Shown: positions 13,125-25,134, numbered from the stretch's first letter. The stretch is DNA of 64,000 nucleotides from Octopus sinensis (GCF_006345805.1 NC_043011.1:46822464-46886463), one strand, 5' to 3'. Numbers and translations are program-made. The notes: a model not told the origin generated them from the letters alone.

Positions 13125-13649
13125 TAACTGTAGGTCAAAAGTAGGCTTATTCAACTATCTCTTTCGCATTCATATATTAACAGTTTAGATCTTAATTATA
13201 AAAAAATATGTAACCATTATTATATGCTAATTTAGTTAATTTTGTCAAGCTCACTTTTCAGTTTCTAAGTGTGATTTATTTTTAACAAAATCTAGATGCC
13301 CTAAGACTTCTGTGATGGAAAAAATGGGATGTTAGTGGCTATGACATTTGTGACCAGTCCAAAGAAGTCCACACAATGTGCTTCTCTAGAACTATCCATA
13401 CCAAGAACATCATTGCAAGCCCAATGCATAAGCTGAATTTGAAACCTTTCCATCCACGAGTGGTACATGGTGTCAGAGTGTGTCAGGGAGTTCTGAAGAG
13501 GTATGAAGAATGTTGCAATGTTGAAGGAGGACATTTTGAGCATTTGAGAGATTAAACATTGCCCGTTTAAGATAGAAATTTAAATGTAATAAAATGTTTT
13601 AAAAGAAATTTAAAGTGCCAACTGTAAACATACTTTTGGGCCACTCTGT
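13125..13649 (+). mobile_element. Tc1/mariner-derived non-autonomous element
   Basis: 13472-13555 translates VRVCQGVLKRYEECCNVEGGHFEHLRD*, like a Tc1/mariner transposase C-terminus; right TIR aaacatacttttgggccactctgt; degenerate left TIR caaaagtaggctt. Confidence 0.55.
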
Positions 13650-13683
13650 GTGTATATATATATATATAAATAAATAAATAATC

Positions 13684-13717
<34 letters not shown>

Positions 13718-13797
13718 GGGAGTATAACTCCAAACTTACAGGGAAAAATTCAATTTAGTATTAAATTAAATTTCACAATATAAATATATAATATATA

Positions 13798-14069
13798 TAA
13801 ATTAGAGAAAAACCACTATTATGTAATTCCAACAATGATAGACATAAACCATACTATGTAGAAAAAATAAAATATATTTTAAAATATATAACTAGATCAC
13901 AAAATTACAAAAATGAATAAACAATATATAATAAGTAATAGTTATTATATATTGTTTATTCATTTTTGTACTTTTATATATATTTTTAAATATATTTTAT
14001 TTTTTATTTATGATTTGGTTTATGTCTATCATTGTTTGAATTACATAATAGTGGTTTTTCTCTAATTTA
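13798..14069. repeat. Fold-back palindrome, about 135-bp arms, 7-nt loop
   Basis: taaattagagaaaaaccactattatgtaattc.. mirrored by ..gaattacataatagtggtttttctctaattta; centre gtaatag at 13935-13941. Confidence 0.9.
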
Positions 14070-14654
14070 CACACACATCATCATCATCATCATCATCGTT
14101 TAACGTCTGCTATGAACTAACCAACAAAAAAGGTAAGCCTCAGTATTGTTGGTTATTGAGGACAATGTTCATCATATGATACAGGTATGAAGGCTTGCTT
14201 TCAAAACTTTAAGTCTCTATCCCAACAATTGAATGATTGTTGCTTGTCTTCAACTGTTGCAAGGACGGAGTGTGTTGTAATGTGGATTACACTGGTTTAT
14301 TTGGCTTTTGTGATTGTGTAACTGAAGGTGACTTGTGTGGCAAGCTTGTAACAGCTGAAGATGGACATCAAATATCAAAATGCTGACACAGAAACTTAAA
14401 GTCTATAACTGTACCACTTAGTATACACACACACACACACACGCAAACATACAGCTGGGAAATTTTTGAAGTGTTGATGCACTCAAGAATGAAATTATTC
14501 CAAGCTAAACATGAACAAATGAATATGAATATTCATAATTAAATAAGTTTAAACTATAACTAAGTCATGTCTTAAGTATAACATGTTTGAGAGAAAGCCA
14601 TTTGCTATTCCCTACATATACACTAATAAGACAGAGCTCCAGCATGGATTAGCT

Positions 14655-14850
14655 TTTTGTGGTTTCGATTTCTGGGCCAGGCGATGTGTTGTGTTCTTGT
14701 GCAAAACATTTAATTTTATGTTGCTTCAGTGCACTCAGCCACAATGCACTGATCCTTCAATGGATCAGTATCCCATCCAAAGAGAATATGTGCACCGCAG
14801 AAACCAGGAAACCAGCTCTACGAGTCTATATGATTCAGGAAGGATCTTTG
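14655..14850 (+). mobile_element. tRNA/CORE-type SINE, partial
   Basis: ggtttcgatttctgggcc..gtgttcttgtgcaaaacattt..atggatcagtatcccatcc..agaaaccaggaaacc. Confidence 0.75.
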
Positions 14851-14999
14851 TTTGGTTTTCTATCGACAGGTATAGTGCTTTTTCAAAGATGAGGACCCAT
14901 TCTGCCACTTTGCAAGGTTTCTCAACATATACAATCATTTAAGGGACAAAAAGATGAAGCCTGAGGGAACATATTTTGTTGAGTAGCAACAAAGTGAAT

Positions 15000-15012
15000 C
15001 ATCATCATCATC

Positions 15013-15043
<31 letters not shown>

Positions 15044-15420
15044 CAATCATCACCATCATCATCATCATCATCATCATCATCATTTAACATCCATTGTGCA
15101 TGCTGGCATGGGTTAAACAGTTTGACCAGAGCTGGCAAGCTGGGCAGATGCACCAGTCACCAGTCTGATTTGGCATGGTTTCTATGGCTGGATGCCCTTC
15201 TTAACACCAACCATTTTACAGAGTGTGCTGGGTGCTTTTATGGGCAGTGGACAGGCGTTTTCACGTGGCACCATGTCGATGCTTTACTGTGCACTGCCAT
15301 GAGTGCTATTCCCCACCAGAGGAACTAGTCTTAACACTTCTGCTGTTGAGTACGGGTCTTCTTGGGTACAGCAAGGCACCAGGCATCTTGGTCCTTTGTC
15401 ATCACATAAAACATATACTC
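15000..15420 (-). mobile_element. RTE 3'-end copy with long (GAT)n tail
   Basis: tttaacatccatt..catgctggcatgggtt..ggatgcccttcttaacaccaacc. Confidence 0.8.
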
Positions 15421-15496
15421 TATTACATGTAATGAGTACAGTATATCACATATATTAGCAAACATTAGCATCATTTTTCTCATTACAGTTATCATT

Positions 15497-15915
15497 AAGG
15501 TCGCGAGCTGGCAGAAACGTTAGCACGCCGGGTGAAATGCTTAGTGGTATTCCGTCTGCCGTTACGTTCTGAGTTCAAATTCCACCAAGGTCGACTTTGC
15601 CTTTCATCCTTTCGAGGTCGATAAATTAAGTACCAGTTACGCACTGGGGTCGATGTAATCGACTTAATCCGTTTGTCTGTCCTTGTTTGTCCCCTCTGTG
15701 TTTAGCCCCTTGTGGGTAGTAAAGAAATAGGTATTTCGTCTGCCGCTATATTCTGAGTTCAAATTCTGCCGAGGTCGACTTTGCCTTTCATTCTGTCGGG
15801 ATCGATTAAATAAGTACCAATTACGCACTTGGGTTGATGTAATCAACTTAATCCCTTTGTCTGTCCTTGTTTGTCTCCTCTATGTTTAACCCCCTGTGAG
15901 GTAATAAAGAAATAA
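15497..15915 (+). mobile_element. Two tandem SINE family B copies (second 5'-clipped)
   Basis: Box A/B head, gtcgactttgcctttcatccttt central block, ccccttgtgg..aaagaaata end, seen twice. Confidence 0.9.
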
Positions 15916-15924
15916 ATATACTAT

Positions 15925-16557
15925 ACATTGCAGATGAAAGGGAGAGACTAAACCTTGAAGCACTTAGGGAGTCCTGTGAGGTACAAGACTGGAAATCAAG
16001 AGTGCTTCCATTAGAGGTGAGAATTTGTGGGTTTGTAACTAGATCAGTTAGGTCAGTGGTTCTCAAACTTTTTCAGGCTGCCACCCCCTTGACACCCTGG
16101 TCACATTCCTAGCGTCCCCACTCAAACTAACCATCATAAGCATAGATCTCTTTCTGAAGCAAATTCAAGGCAACTGTGTTTCAGAAATAAAACTTAACCT
16201 AATGAACCCATTATTTTGTTGTTTTTACATGAATTGCTACTCCATTGTGGGCCCACTTTTCTTCAACGTCCTCTTGGATCTTTCTACCACCCCAGAGGAG
16301 GGAGGGTGATATCACCCACTTTGGGAACCACTGAGTTAGGTCACACCTAGCTAACATTGGACTTAACTGGAATAACATTGGAATAAACTGCCTGCGTCAG
16401 TTGTTGACTGCCATGACACTGCATCCTTTAAGGCCCTCATGCTTTCCAAAATCCGCCGAAACTACACCTGATTATATATACACTTTAGATGAGTTGTAGT
16501 GCACCTGAGCACTGTACACAATTATTATTATCATTATTATTATTATTATTATTATTA
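15925..16557 (+). mobile_element. RLE-type (HERO/R2-group-like) LINE 3' remnant with (ATT)n tail, interrupted by a hAT MITE
   Basis: Translates ADERERLNLEALRESCEVQDWKSRVLPLEVRICGFVTRSVRSHLANIG across the MITE, resembling the K..KY..L...GW...P.EVG.RGFV motif of RLE domains. Confidence 0.65.
16054..16333. mobile_element. hAT-family MITE
   Basis: TIRs cagtggttctcaaact / actttgggaaccactg; perfect 8-bp TSD agttaggt (16046-16053, 16334-16341). Confidence 0.9.
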
Positions 16558-17124
16558 AGAAAGCTAGAATAGCACTGATTTGTAACATAAAGACATGTAC
16601 TTAGAAAAATGGATATATATACACATGCATATAACCATGCACAGAAATATATATCAATAATAATGATTTTATGCAAGTTTTCTAAGCCACATACCCAGCA
16701 AAATTTGGGGGTTTCTGTCAATAAAATCATGGTGATACGTGGGTGAGTTTATGTGTAGGTATGTATGTGTGCGTATGTGGGTGCGTGTGTATTTGTGTGT
16801 CGCATAAATGTCGTTCAATCACTTTGGAAGAACATTTAATTTGTACTTTAGTGGTCCAGCTCTAATTATCATTGCATTAATTATCCTTATGTTAATGGTT
16901 CGCTTTCATACAAAGTACTGTTTTGATCATTCTAATGGACTTTAAGGCATCCACATCTGTTTGATCACATCTGTGAGTGCAATTACAACAGCTGTGCTCT
17001 CATATCTATATGTGTGTGTATATATATATATATGTATGTATATATGTATATACACACACATATATATATATGTATGTATATATGTATATACACACACACA
17101 TATATATATATGTATATATATATG

Positions 17125-17187
<63 letters not shown>

Positions 17188-17282
17188 GTGTGTGTAGAAG
17201 GTTCAAAAGGAACACATTAGTTGAAATGTATAAGGAAAATAAGACAAAGTAGAAAATGCTAAAATAATTTTATCATGAAAAA

Positions 17283-17325
17283 CATTTTAGTACCGGTTTC
17301 AGCCTTTGTGTCTTTTTCAACTTAG
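17283..17325 (-). ncRNA. Degenerate minimal type I hammerhead ribozyme (U3-A8 core), Penelope-like remnant
   Basis: ctaag-TTGAAAA-agac acaaag gct-GAAA-ccg-GTA-ctaaa; downstream flank homologous to 25081-25140; mismatches in stems I and II. Confidence 0.5.
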
Positions 17326-17542
17326 AGTAAAGCATGAAGAATAATGAAATAGTGGAAAAATTAAATGAAATACTTTTTTTAAAATATTTCCATAGATTTC
17401 AAATGCAAAGGACATTTTCCATTTTTCTGTCTGTCTCTCTTTTTAACTCTTGTGGGTTCTAGGTAGTTAGCAGCAGCTTGTAGTAGTTTGATATGAATTC
17501 TTGTCTTTGATAGTTTAAGTAGCAGGAGGGAAAGGAGGAGGA

Positions 17543-17606
17543 GAAGAAGAAGAAGAAGAAGAAGAAGAAGAAGAAGAAGAAGAAGAAGAAGAAGAAGAAG
17601 AAGAAG

Positions 17607-17636
<30 letters not shown>
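17543..17636. repeat. Pure (GAA)n, about 31 units
   Basis: Direct reading. Confidence 0.97.
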
Positions 17637-17639
<3 letters not shown>

Positions 17640-18091
17640 AAATGATGAAAATGCAGTAGTGGTATGACAGTAGCAGCATGTTGGTGGAATCCTCTTAAAT
17701 GGTAAAGTGACCTAAAAGTGACCCGTTGTGGTTGTAATAGTAGTGATTGGAATTGTTCTGAATAAGCAATGTGAGTTAAGGGGCCAGGTAAGAATTAAGG
17801 AGATGGAGACATTATATACACATACATAAGTACATACATAAATATTTGTGTTTGTGTGTGTGTGTGTATGGCCGCTATTTCTAGAGGTTGAGTAGCCACA
17901 AAGGGGTTCTGTTGTTTGCTGTCCCAAAGCACATGAATTTGTGTGTAAACATTCAAACTGCATGTAATATACATGCTCAAACAACTTATATGTGCATACA
18001 AACATATATATATATATATATATAGATATAGATATATGTGTGTGTGCATGTATATATATATATACACACTTTCACCTCAATCAGATCTTAC

Positions 18092-18129
<38 letters not shown>

Positions 18130-18722
18130 CATATTGTGTTTACAATACATACAAAACTTCTCTTGCCCCTGTCTTTCTCTCTCTCTATTTGCCTGTCTCT
18201 ATCTCTCTATCTTTCTTTCATGAACCCACATGGACATACCATACAATTATATATATATATATATATGTTGTTTCTGTCCTGTTATTATTATTATTGTTTT
18301 TTTGTATTTATATTTGTGTGGCATCGTCCGTTTTTCTGTCCTTGTTTCGTATACATTCGATCCTTTTTCCAAGAAATCTAATGTTTGTAGCTTAGTTTTT
18401 CCTTGGGGCTGGCCGGATCGGAGCGATCACAAGATTAATCAGTTGAAATTGCGAGGATGATCCGGTTCTTGACTGAAGATTAGAGGCTTCGAATGACCCG
18501 TCCGTTTTTTGTATCGTCTATTTGAATGTTTTGCGTTCTTGTCCCATTTTGTATTTTTATATATATTTTTTATACATACATATATATATATATATATAAT
18601 ATATATATATATAAAAATTGTAGTTTGATCGTTGTAGTTTGATCTTTGTAGTTTGATCGTTGATGATCTATTTCTAGCATGCGGCCGACTACCTAGCAGT
18701 CTTGCCCTGTCAATATACACAA

Positions 18723-18765
<43 letters not shown>

Positions 18766-19162
18766 CTGTCATCCAAATGAACAGTTTGGAATCATCCCCT
18801 CAAGATTGCTAGCCCAACCCCAAATAGACCACACCCCATACCATGCAGCCTTTATTCTTCACTTGTTGCCTCTGTTGCTTCTACTGTATTCCACAACATA
18901 TTCATGCTGATACACACGGACATACACACAGATACAAACACACACACACATGCATGCACGCAACATGCGCCACCCACAACTGTTCTTCTAATGCCACCAT
19001 AACAACTACCAAAGATTTGGCTCCCATTGTTTACTATTTCCATGACAAGAACCTTGTCTTCCTGATGATGCATGTTGCATCAGGTTGCTATAGTAACCTT
19101 CAAAGGAACAATTATACAGCGTTGCTGTTTTGACAATTAGATTCATGAGGTGAAATAAGAAA

Positions 19163-19164
<2 letters not shown>

Positions 19165-19198
<34 letters not shown>

Positions 19199-19206
19199 TT
19201 ATAATG

Positions 19207-19252
<46 letters not shown>

Positions 19253-19275
19253 TGATAATAATAATAATAATAATA
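19165..19275. repeat. (AAT)n microsatellite
   Basis: Direct reading. Confidence 0.95.
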
Positions 19276-19619
19276 CCACAGAGGCATCAGATGATAAGGA
19301 TGTTACAAAGATAGGTTACAATCTGCGTAGGGCATTTGCATAAAATTGGGTCAGGTGATCGTTTATAATTTACATATGAGGCCAGTAATTTTGAAAGGTG
19401 GAAAGTTAGATGATATCATTGATAATAACAACAATGGTGGTGATGATGATGATGATGATGATGATGATGTTAGAGAGTTGATATTGAAGAGGATTATGAT
19501 TATGATGGCGGTGATGGTGATCGTGGTGTTGGTGGTGATGTTAATGAAGGGTTGGGTGGTAGTATCGATGATGACGATGCTGATGTGGTGCAAATGGCTT
19601 CAAGATCTGCAACATAAAC

Positions 19620-20272
19620 TTTAGGAAACCGCCACCTTCTGATCCCTTAGTCAGGTGAGCACACAAACCAATCAAGATTATATTCTCACCAGAAAATCGA
19701 TAAGTGGATTACTGTAAATCGCAAGTCCTTCTCAGGTTAAGGATGTACCTCCCATCTAAGATTAGTAATTAGTAACTTTAAAATAAGGGCTATTCTGGCT
19801 TGGAGACAGAAGACAGTTTGGAGGCGAAAGACCCGGATGCTGAAGGTGCTTTCTGTTGGTTAAAGATTTATAAAAGTATTAACTGAGGTTGATGACTGTA
19901 GAGAAGGGGAAACAGAACAGGTTTTATGGGACAGTCTACTAGGAGCTACAAACCAGAACTGAAACAGGTGTAAGATCCTAGCTAAATGTAAGAGACCATA
20001 GCAGTGGAATGATATCGTAGACAGTGCAGTGACATTAAAGAGAGAATCAGGTTCGAAAAGACCAAAAGGAAAAGGGGCTGCAGAGAAAGATACTAAACTG
20101 CATAAAAAATAGAAGACAGAAGCTAAGGAATAGGTGTACATAGCAAGGAGGGAAGAGAAAAGAAGTTTTCACATCTTCTGCAACATGAGGACTGGGTATG
20201 TGCGGTGTTCCACATTGCTAGATAGAGTTCTAGGGAAAACTGAGATGTCGTTGGGGAGAAATGTACATAGAA
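19620..20272 (+). pseudogene. Decayed RTE LINE ORF fragment (AP-endonuclease C-terminus and linker)
   Basis: Broken frames give SGEHTNQ-DYILTRK, NRKSFSG*GCTSHLRLVISNFKIRA, WNDIVDSA, QVYIARRE and RENxDVVGEKC, matching the linker of the LINE at 58350-58640. Confidence 0.75.
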
Positions 20273-20273
20273 T

Positions 20274-20668
20274 GGTGCAGGAGTGGCTGTGTGGTAAGTA
20301 GCTTGCTTACCAACCACATGGTTCTGGGTTCATTCCCACTGCATGGCACCTTGGGCAAGTGTCTTCTAATATAGCCTCGGGCTGCCAAAGCCTTGGGAGT
20401 GAATTTGGTAGACGGAAACTGAAAGAAGCCCATCGTATAAATGTACATGTGTGTATATGTTTGTGTGTTTGTGTTTGTCACCCACCAACATCACTTGACA
20501 ACCGATGCTGGTGTGTTTACGTCCCCGTAACTTAGCGGTTCGGCAGAAATAGACTGATAGAATAAGTACTAGGCTTCCAAAGAATAAGTCCTGGGGTTGA
20601 TTTACTCGACTAAAAAGGCAGTGCTCCAGCATGGCCACAGTCAAATGACTGAAACAAGTAAAAGAGTA
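20274..20668 (+). mobile_element. tRNA-derived SINE family A, full length
   Basis: Complete head, body and tail; truncates the RTE remnant. Confidence 0.92.
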
Positions 20669-21029
20669 TTAAATAGTTATGTGTGTGTGTGTATGTGTGT
20701 GTGTGTGTGCACATGCACATTCACATATATATGTAGTTCCGTATGCGTGTACAGAGAGAGAGGGAGTGAGTGAGAGTATGTAATTTTGTTTATTTGCAAA
20801 AATCTATATACACACACACCTATACATATACATTTATACATATATATGCATTCATATAAATATCTATTACTTGACTGTAGTTCAGATTTCCCTTAAGATG
20901 GTTCTCAATTATTAAATTAGATCTACCATTAGCTGACTAATTTGTGTTTGTGTGTAAATGTATGTGTATATTATATAAGCATTATATAACCCAGGAGGTT
21001 CAACTAGGCATTTCAGCCCTGCCACTCCC

Positions 21030-21048
21030 AGCTACAGATGTGTATTAG

Positions 21049-21125
<77 letters not shown>

Positions 21126-21298
21126 TACACATAGAGATATCTGTAATATGTGTATATACACACACATGTACGTATTGTCATAAATATTCTTATAAGAATA
21201 TGTATGAAAGCGAGTGGGTGAACTATAAGTATATTTGTACAAAAAGCTACACAGAAACTCACAATTTATACAGACACAACACATACATAAATGCACAG

Positions 21299-21330
<32 letters not shown>
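21030..21330. repeat. TA/CA microsatellites
   Basis: Direct reading. Confidence 0.9.
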
Positions 21331-21332
<2 letters not shown>

Positions 21333-21779
21333 AGAGGTCTTTACACAGAGAAAGATTCACTGCGACTGTTCACTAACCCAACACAACCCCAAGCCAATAT
21401 GCAACGTGGTTGGTGCAAAGATAGTTGTCAGCAGAGCACAGACATTGGCAGCTAAACGCATCACAACTGACTGTTGTCAACAAAGTCCGGTTGCTAAGGA
21501 AACCGAAGCTGCCTCTTTGGCCTTTCTTGTCCACAACAGACAGCTTCACAAAGCTGATAATAGGATAATAGCCATTGCCAACCACATGAAAAATCCCAAT
21601 TTGGTTCTGAAGAGATGGTTGGGAGATGGTAGGTTCAAAATAGTTGAAGGGCAGAGTAGGTAGGGGAGTGGTTTTGTGGAGTTTTATATCAGCAGTTTTT
21701 TAATATTTTATATTTCTATGGTTGCTGCTGTAGGATTATTTTCCTTTAATCTTCATTAAATTAGTTATGAACATTTTAA

Positions 21780-21995
21780 GGTGGTGAGCTAGGAGAATTG
21801 TTAGCATGCTAGGCAAAATGCTTAGGGGTATTTCACCCATCTTTATATTCTGAGTTCAAATTCCTCTGATATCAACTTTGCCTTTCATCCTTTTGGCACT
21901 GATAAAACAAGTACCAGTTGAACACTGGGGTCAGTGTTATTGACTTACTCTCCTCCCAAAACTTCTGGCCTTGTGCCAAAATTTGAAACCAAATT
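21780..21995 (+). mobile_element. SINE family B' (alternative tail ..ctggccttgtgccaaaatttgaaacc)
   Basis: Degenerate head, gagttcaaattcc, caactttgcctttcatcctt, B' tail. Confidence 0.75.
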
Positions 21996-22869
21996 AGTTT
22001 AGAACACTGTCCTTACGAATTAGGTAGGGACTGCTTTTGTTTCCCATTTTGTTTAGTGGTTTAGTGGGAAGTGAAAGGCCCCTACAATCACCACCACTCC
22101 TGATATTTATTCTCTCGGGGCCTTGGTGATTATTGGTAGGAAATTATGCTCAGAATGCTTGCAATAAAATTAAACCTGTTAAAGACATCCAAAGGTTAAA
22201 CATTGGTATTAAACCAGGTGGTACGTTTAGTCAGCTGCTGTAACAGACCTCAATAAAAACCCTCAAGAACCAAGTAGTGGTGTTATATAAAACAAACGAA
22301 GATTTACATCTGTAAACCCCATAACACTGCCATAAATGCAGACGCAGTACAGCTAGACTGCTTTGCGTGTAGTGAAAGGCATCCAGTTAGATCACTGCTA
22401 TCGTTGTCACCATCTTTCACAGCAGTCATTGATATGATCACAGTCAATACCACCATCAACCACATCAGACTATCAACCATCTTCATCATCATCATCATCA
22501 TCATCATTGTATTCATGCTCAAGAACAATGACATTAAACATATTTATTGTTATAAATGCTGACATGATCAGATCATCAATACTTATCAACTTAACAGTTT
22601 ATTATCATCGTATTTTTTTTTCCACTTCATTTCCATCAAACTTGTTCTCATTCTCTATTTATTCCTCTTGGCTATTTCGCTAGTTCCAGCCAAACAATCG
22701 TGGCTATGTTGGTTGTTGTCTTTTATTTTAACAAATTCTCTTTTTCATTTTCTTTCATTTTGTATTCCCAGACATCTTTTGTATATTTCTTTGTCTATTT
22801 ATCTTTATTTTAGTCTATCCATCTATGTATGTATGTTTGAATATATATACATACAATCTTACATATAAG

Positions 22870-22920
22870 TATATATACATGTGCATATATCTATATCTGT
22901 CTATCTATCTATTTATCTAC

Positions 22921-22972
<52 letters not shown>

Positions 22973-23007
22973 GCATATATCTATATCTATCTGTCTATCT
23001 ATCTATC

Positions 23008-23096
<89 letters not shown>

Positions 23097-23121
23097 ATAC
23101 ATACACATATATATCTATATT

Positions 23122-23150
<29 letters not shown>
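22870..23150. repeat. TATC/TA/GT microsatellites
   Basis: Direct reading. Confidence 0.93.
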
Positions 23151-23153
<3 letters not shown>

Positions 23154-23162
23154 TCCTTTTTT

Positions 23163-23454
23163 TCCTTCTCAAACCATGCCCAGCACATAAGAGCCAGTTT
23201 CTCGACTTCCTTGGCATATAGGTTCCTCACCAGGATGGGACACCAGTCTGTCACAGGTGAGCTAGAAGATGCAGGAGGAAAGAGTGAGAGAAAGTTGTGG
23301 CGAAAGAGTCAGCAGAAGTTCGCCATTATCTTCTGATAGAGCCGCGTGGACCTTAGGTGTTTTGCTCATAAACACACACATCGCCCAGTCTGAGATTTGA
23401 ACCCACAATCCCTCAACCATGAGTCCACTACTCTAACCACTAGGCCATATACCC
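23163..23454 (-). mobile_element. tRNA/CORE-type SINE variant (left arm of an inverted duplication)
   Basis: tggcctagtggttagag box A, gggttcaaatctc box B, ttatgagcaaaacacctaag. Confidence 0.88.
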
Positions 23455-23497
23455 GCCACCCGTATATATATATATACCCCGCCTATATATATATATA

Positions 23498-23739
23498 GGG
23501 GTGTACATGGCCTAGTGGTTAGAGTAGTGGACTCATGGTTGAGGGATTGTGGGTTCAAATCTCAGACTGGGCGATGTGTGTGTTTATGAGCAAAACACCT
23601 AAGGTCCACCCGGCTCTGTCAGAAGGTAATGGCGAACTTCTGCTGACTCTTTCGCCACAACTTTCTCTCACTCTTTCCTCCTGCATCTTCTAGCTCACCT
23701 GTGACAGACTGGTGTCCTGTCCTGGTGAAGAACCTATAT
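23498..23739 (+). mobile_element. tRNA/CORE-type SINE variant (right arm, 3'-truncated at (TA)n)
   Basis: About 7 mismatches in about 235 nt against the reverse complement of 23216-23451. Confidence 0.88.
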
Positions 23740-23962
23740 ATATATATTAAAGTTTGTTTTTATGTTCCTTTATAATAAAAACGATTTTACATTAACGTGA
23801 TGAGTTCTTCTTTACTTAGTAGAGTACAAATTTATTATTGTTAAAACAGAATGTTGTTGACTGTAACTTCAAAGTTTCAAGCAGCTGTGGCAGTCTGACA
23901 ATAGCTGAGCTGACCAAAACTTTGAAATCACTGTGAACAACATTCTTGTTCTTCAAGAATGT

Positions 23963-23997
<35 letters not shown>

Positions 23998-24267
23998 ATG
24001 TATATATATATATAAACTTAGATTTGCTTTGACCAAAAATTGGCTCAGGCCATGTCTAACTTAATAGCACCACCTGATTATATATGTAAATATATTTTCC
24101 CTATCTATTTCTTCTTTCTCTCTCTTCATTTCTTTTACTCTCATACCTTTCTATCAAGGAGCAGAGGCTTGAAACATCAAACGCTTTTTCCTATTTTCCC
24201 GAAGTGTCAAACTACTACTGCCTGTTGTTCCCTCACCAGTCTGTCCTTTGTTTTCTGTATATTTGAA

Positions 24268-24314
<47 letters not shown>

Positions 24315-25039
24315 AGTCAAAATATATGGATTGAAGTAATCTGGTAGTACTCATAGAAAAAAAAGCCCCTTAATGTATCATTCTACAAAACATATGGAAT
24401 ATATAGTACGATACAAGAGAAAACGATTGCCTTTTGCATTAATAGAGGCATGTAAGTAATTTATGTATTATGAAATATAATTACATAAATTATTTACATG
24501 TTTTTGAGTTACGAAACAATTTGTCATGATATTGAATTTTGTTATTGTTGAATAACATTTTGTCAAACTTCTTCATCATCATCATTATCATCATCATCGT
24601 CGTCATCATCATCACCACCATCATCACCATCATCTTCTCCTTCTCCTTCTTCTTCTTCTTCATCATCATCATCATGAACATCGTCATCTTCTTCTTCTAC
24701 TTCTCCACCTTCTACCCCTTAACCTTGTCACTAATGTCTTTCAGTATAACGCCCACGCAAATTCCATAAACAATTCCTGAATTGAACTGCGACTGCTGTC
24801 AGCCACTGACCATTCAAAATACGACCATCAAGGCATTCCCAGATTTCCCCACCCCCTCTCCACATCAGCCTCCTTATTCTTCACCTACCCTACCAAGAAC
24901 TCACAACGACCTCGAACGCACAAGTGCAAACAAGGGAGTCAGAGAAAGGCAGAATGCTACTTATATCTGAACACTACTACAGAAATATTCTTTTAAAAAA
25001 ACTTTTCTTCTAATTTTTCTAAATTTAATTATTTAATCG

Positions 25040-25083
25040 TTACAGTTGAAAAGGTCTCAAAATGACCGAAACCGGTACTGAAA
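25040..25083 (+). ncRNA. Minimal type I hammerhead ribozyme with U3-A8 variant core
   Basis: Stem I cag/ctg, core TTGAAAA (25046-52), stem II ggtc/gacc, GAAA (25068-71), palindromic stem III accggt, predicted cleavage after GUA at 25077. Confidence 0.7.
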
Positions 25084-25134
25084 GATTCACTATAAAATTA
25101 TCTTAGCATTTTCTATTTTTGACTTGTTTTTTCA

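Noticed and set aside
14110-14400. Possible LINE endonuclease remnant (VDY.., KLVTA-KMDIK)
   Set aside because: It needs several frameshifts and lacks the SDH motif; too weak to call
18400-18530. CTGAAGA followed by cgaat, hammerhead-like
   Set aside because: No stem I, II or III pairing could be found
21235-21663. 142-aa ORF
   Set aside because: It starts in a CA repeat and shows no homology I recognise; the region is kept only as a possible regulatory island
24350-24457. Donor-like cat/gtaagt with two open upstream frames
   Set aside because: No credible acceptor and no recognisable peptide
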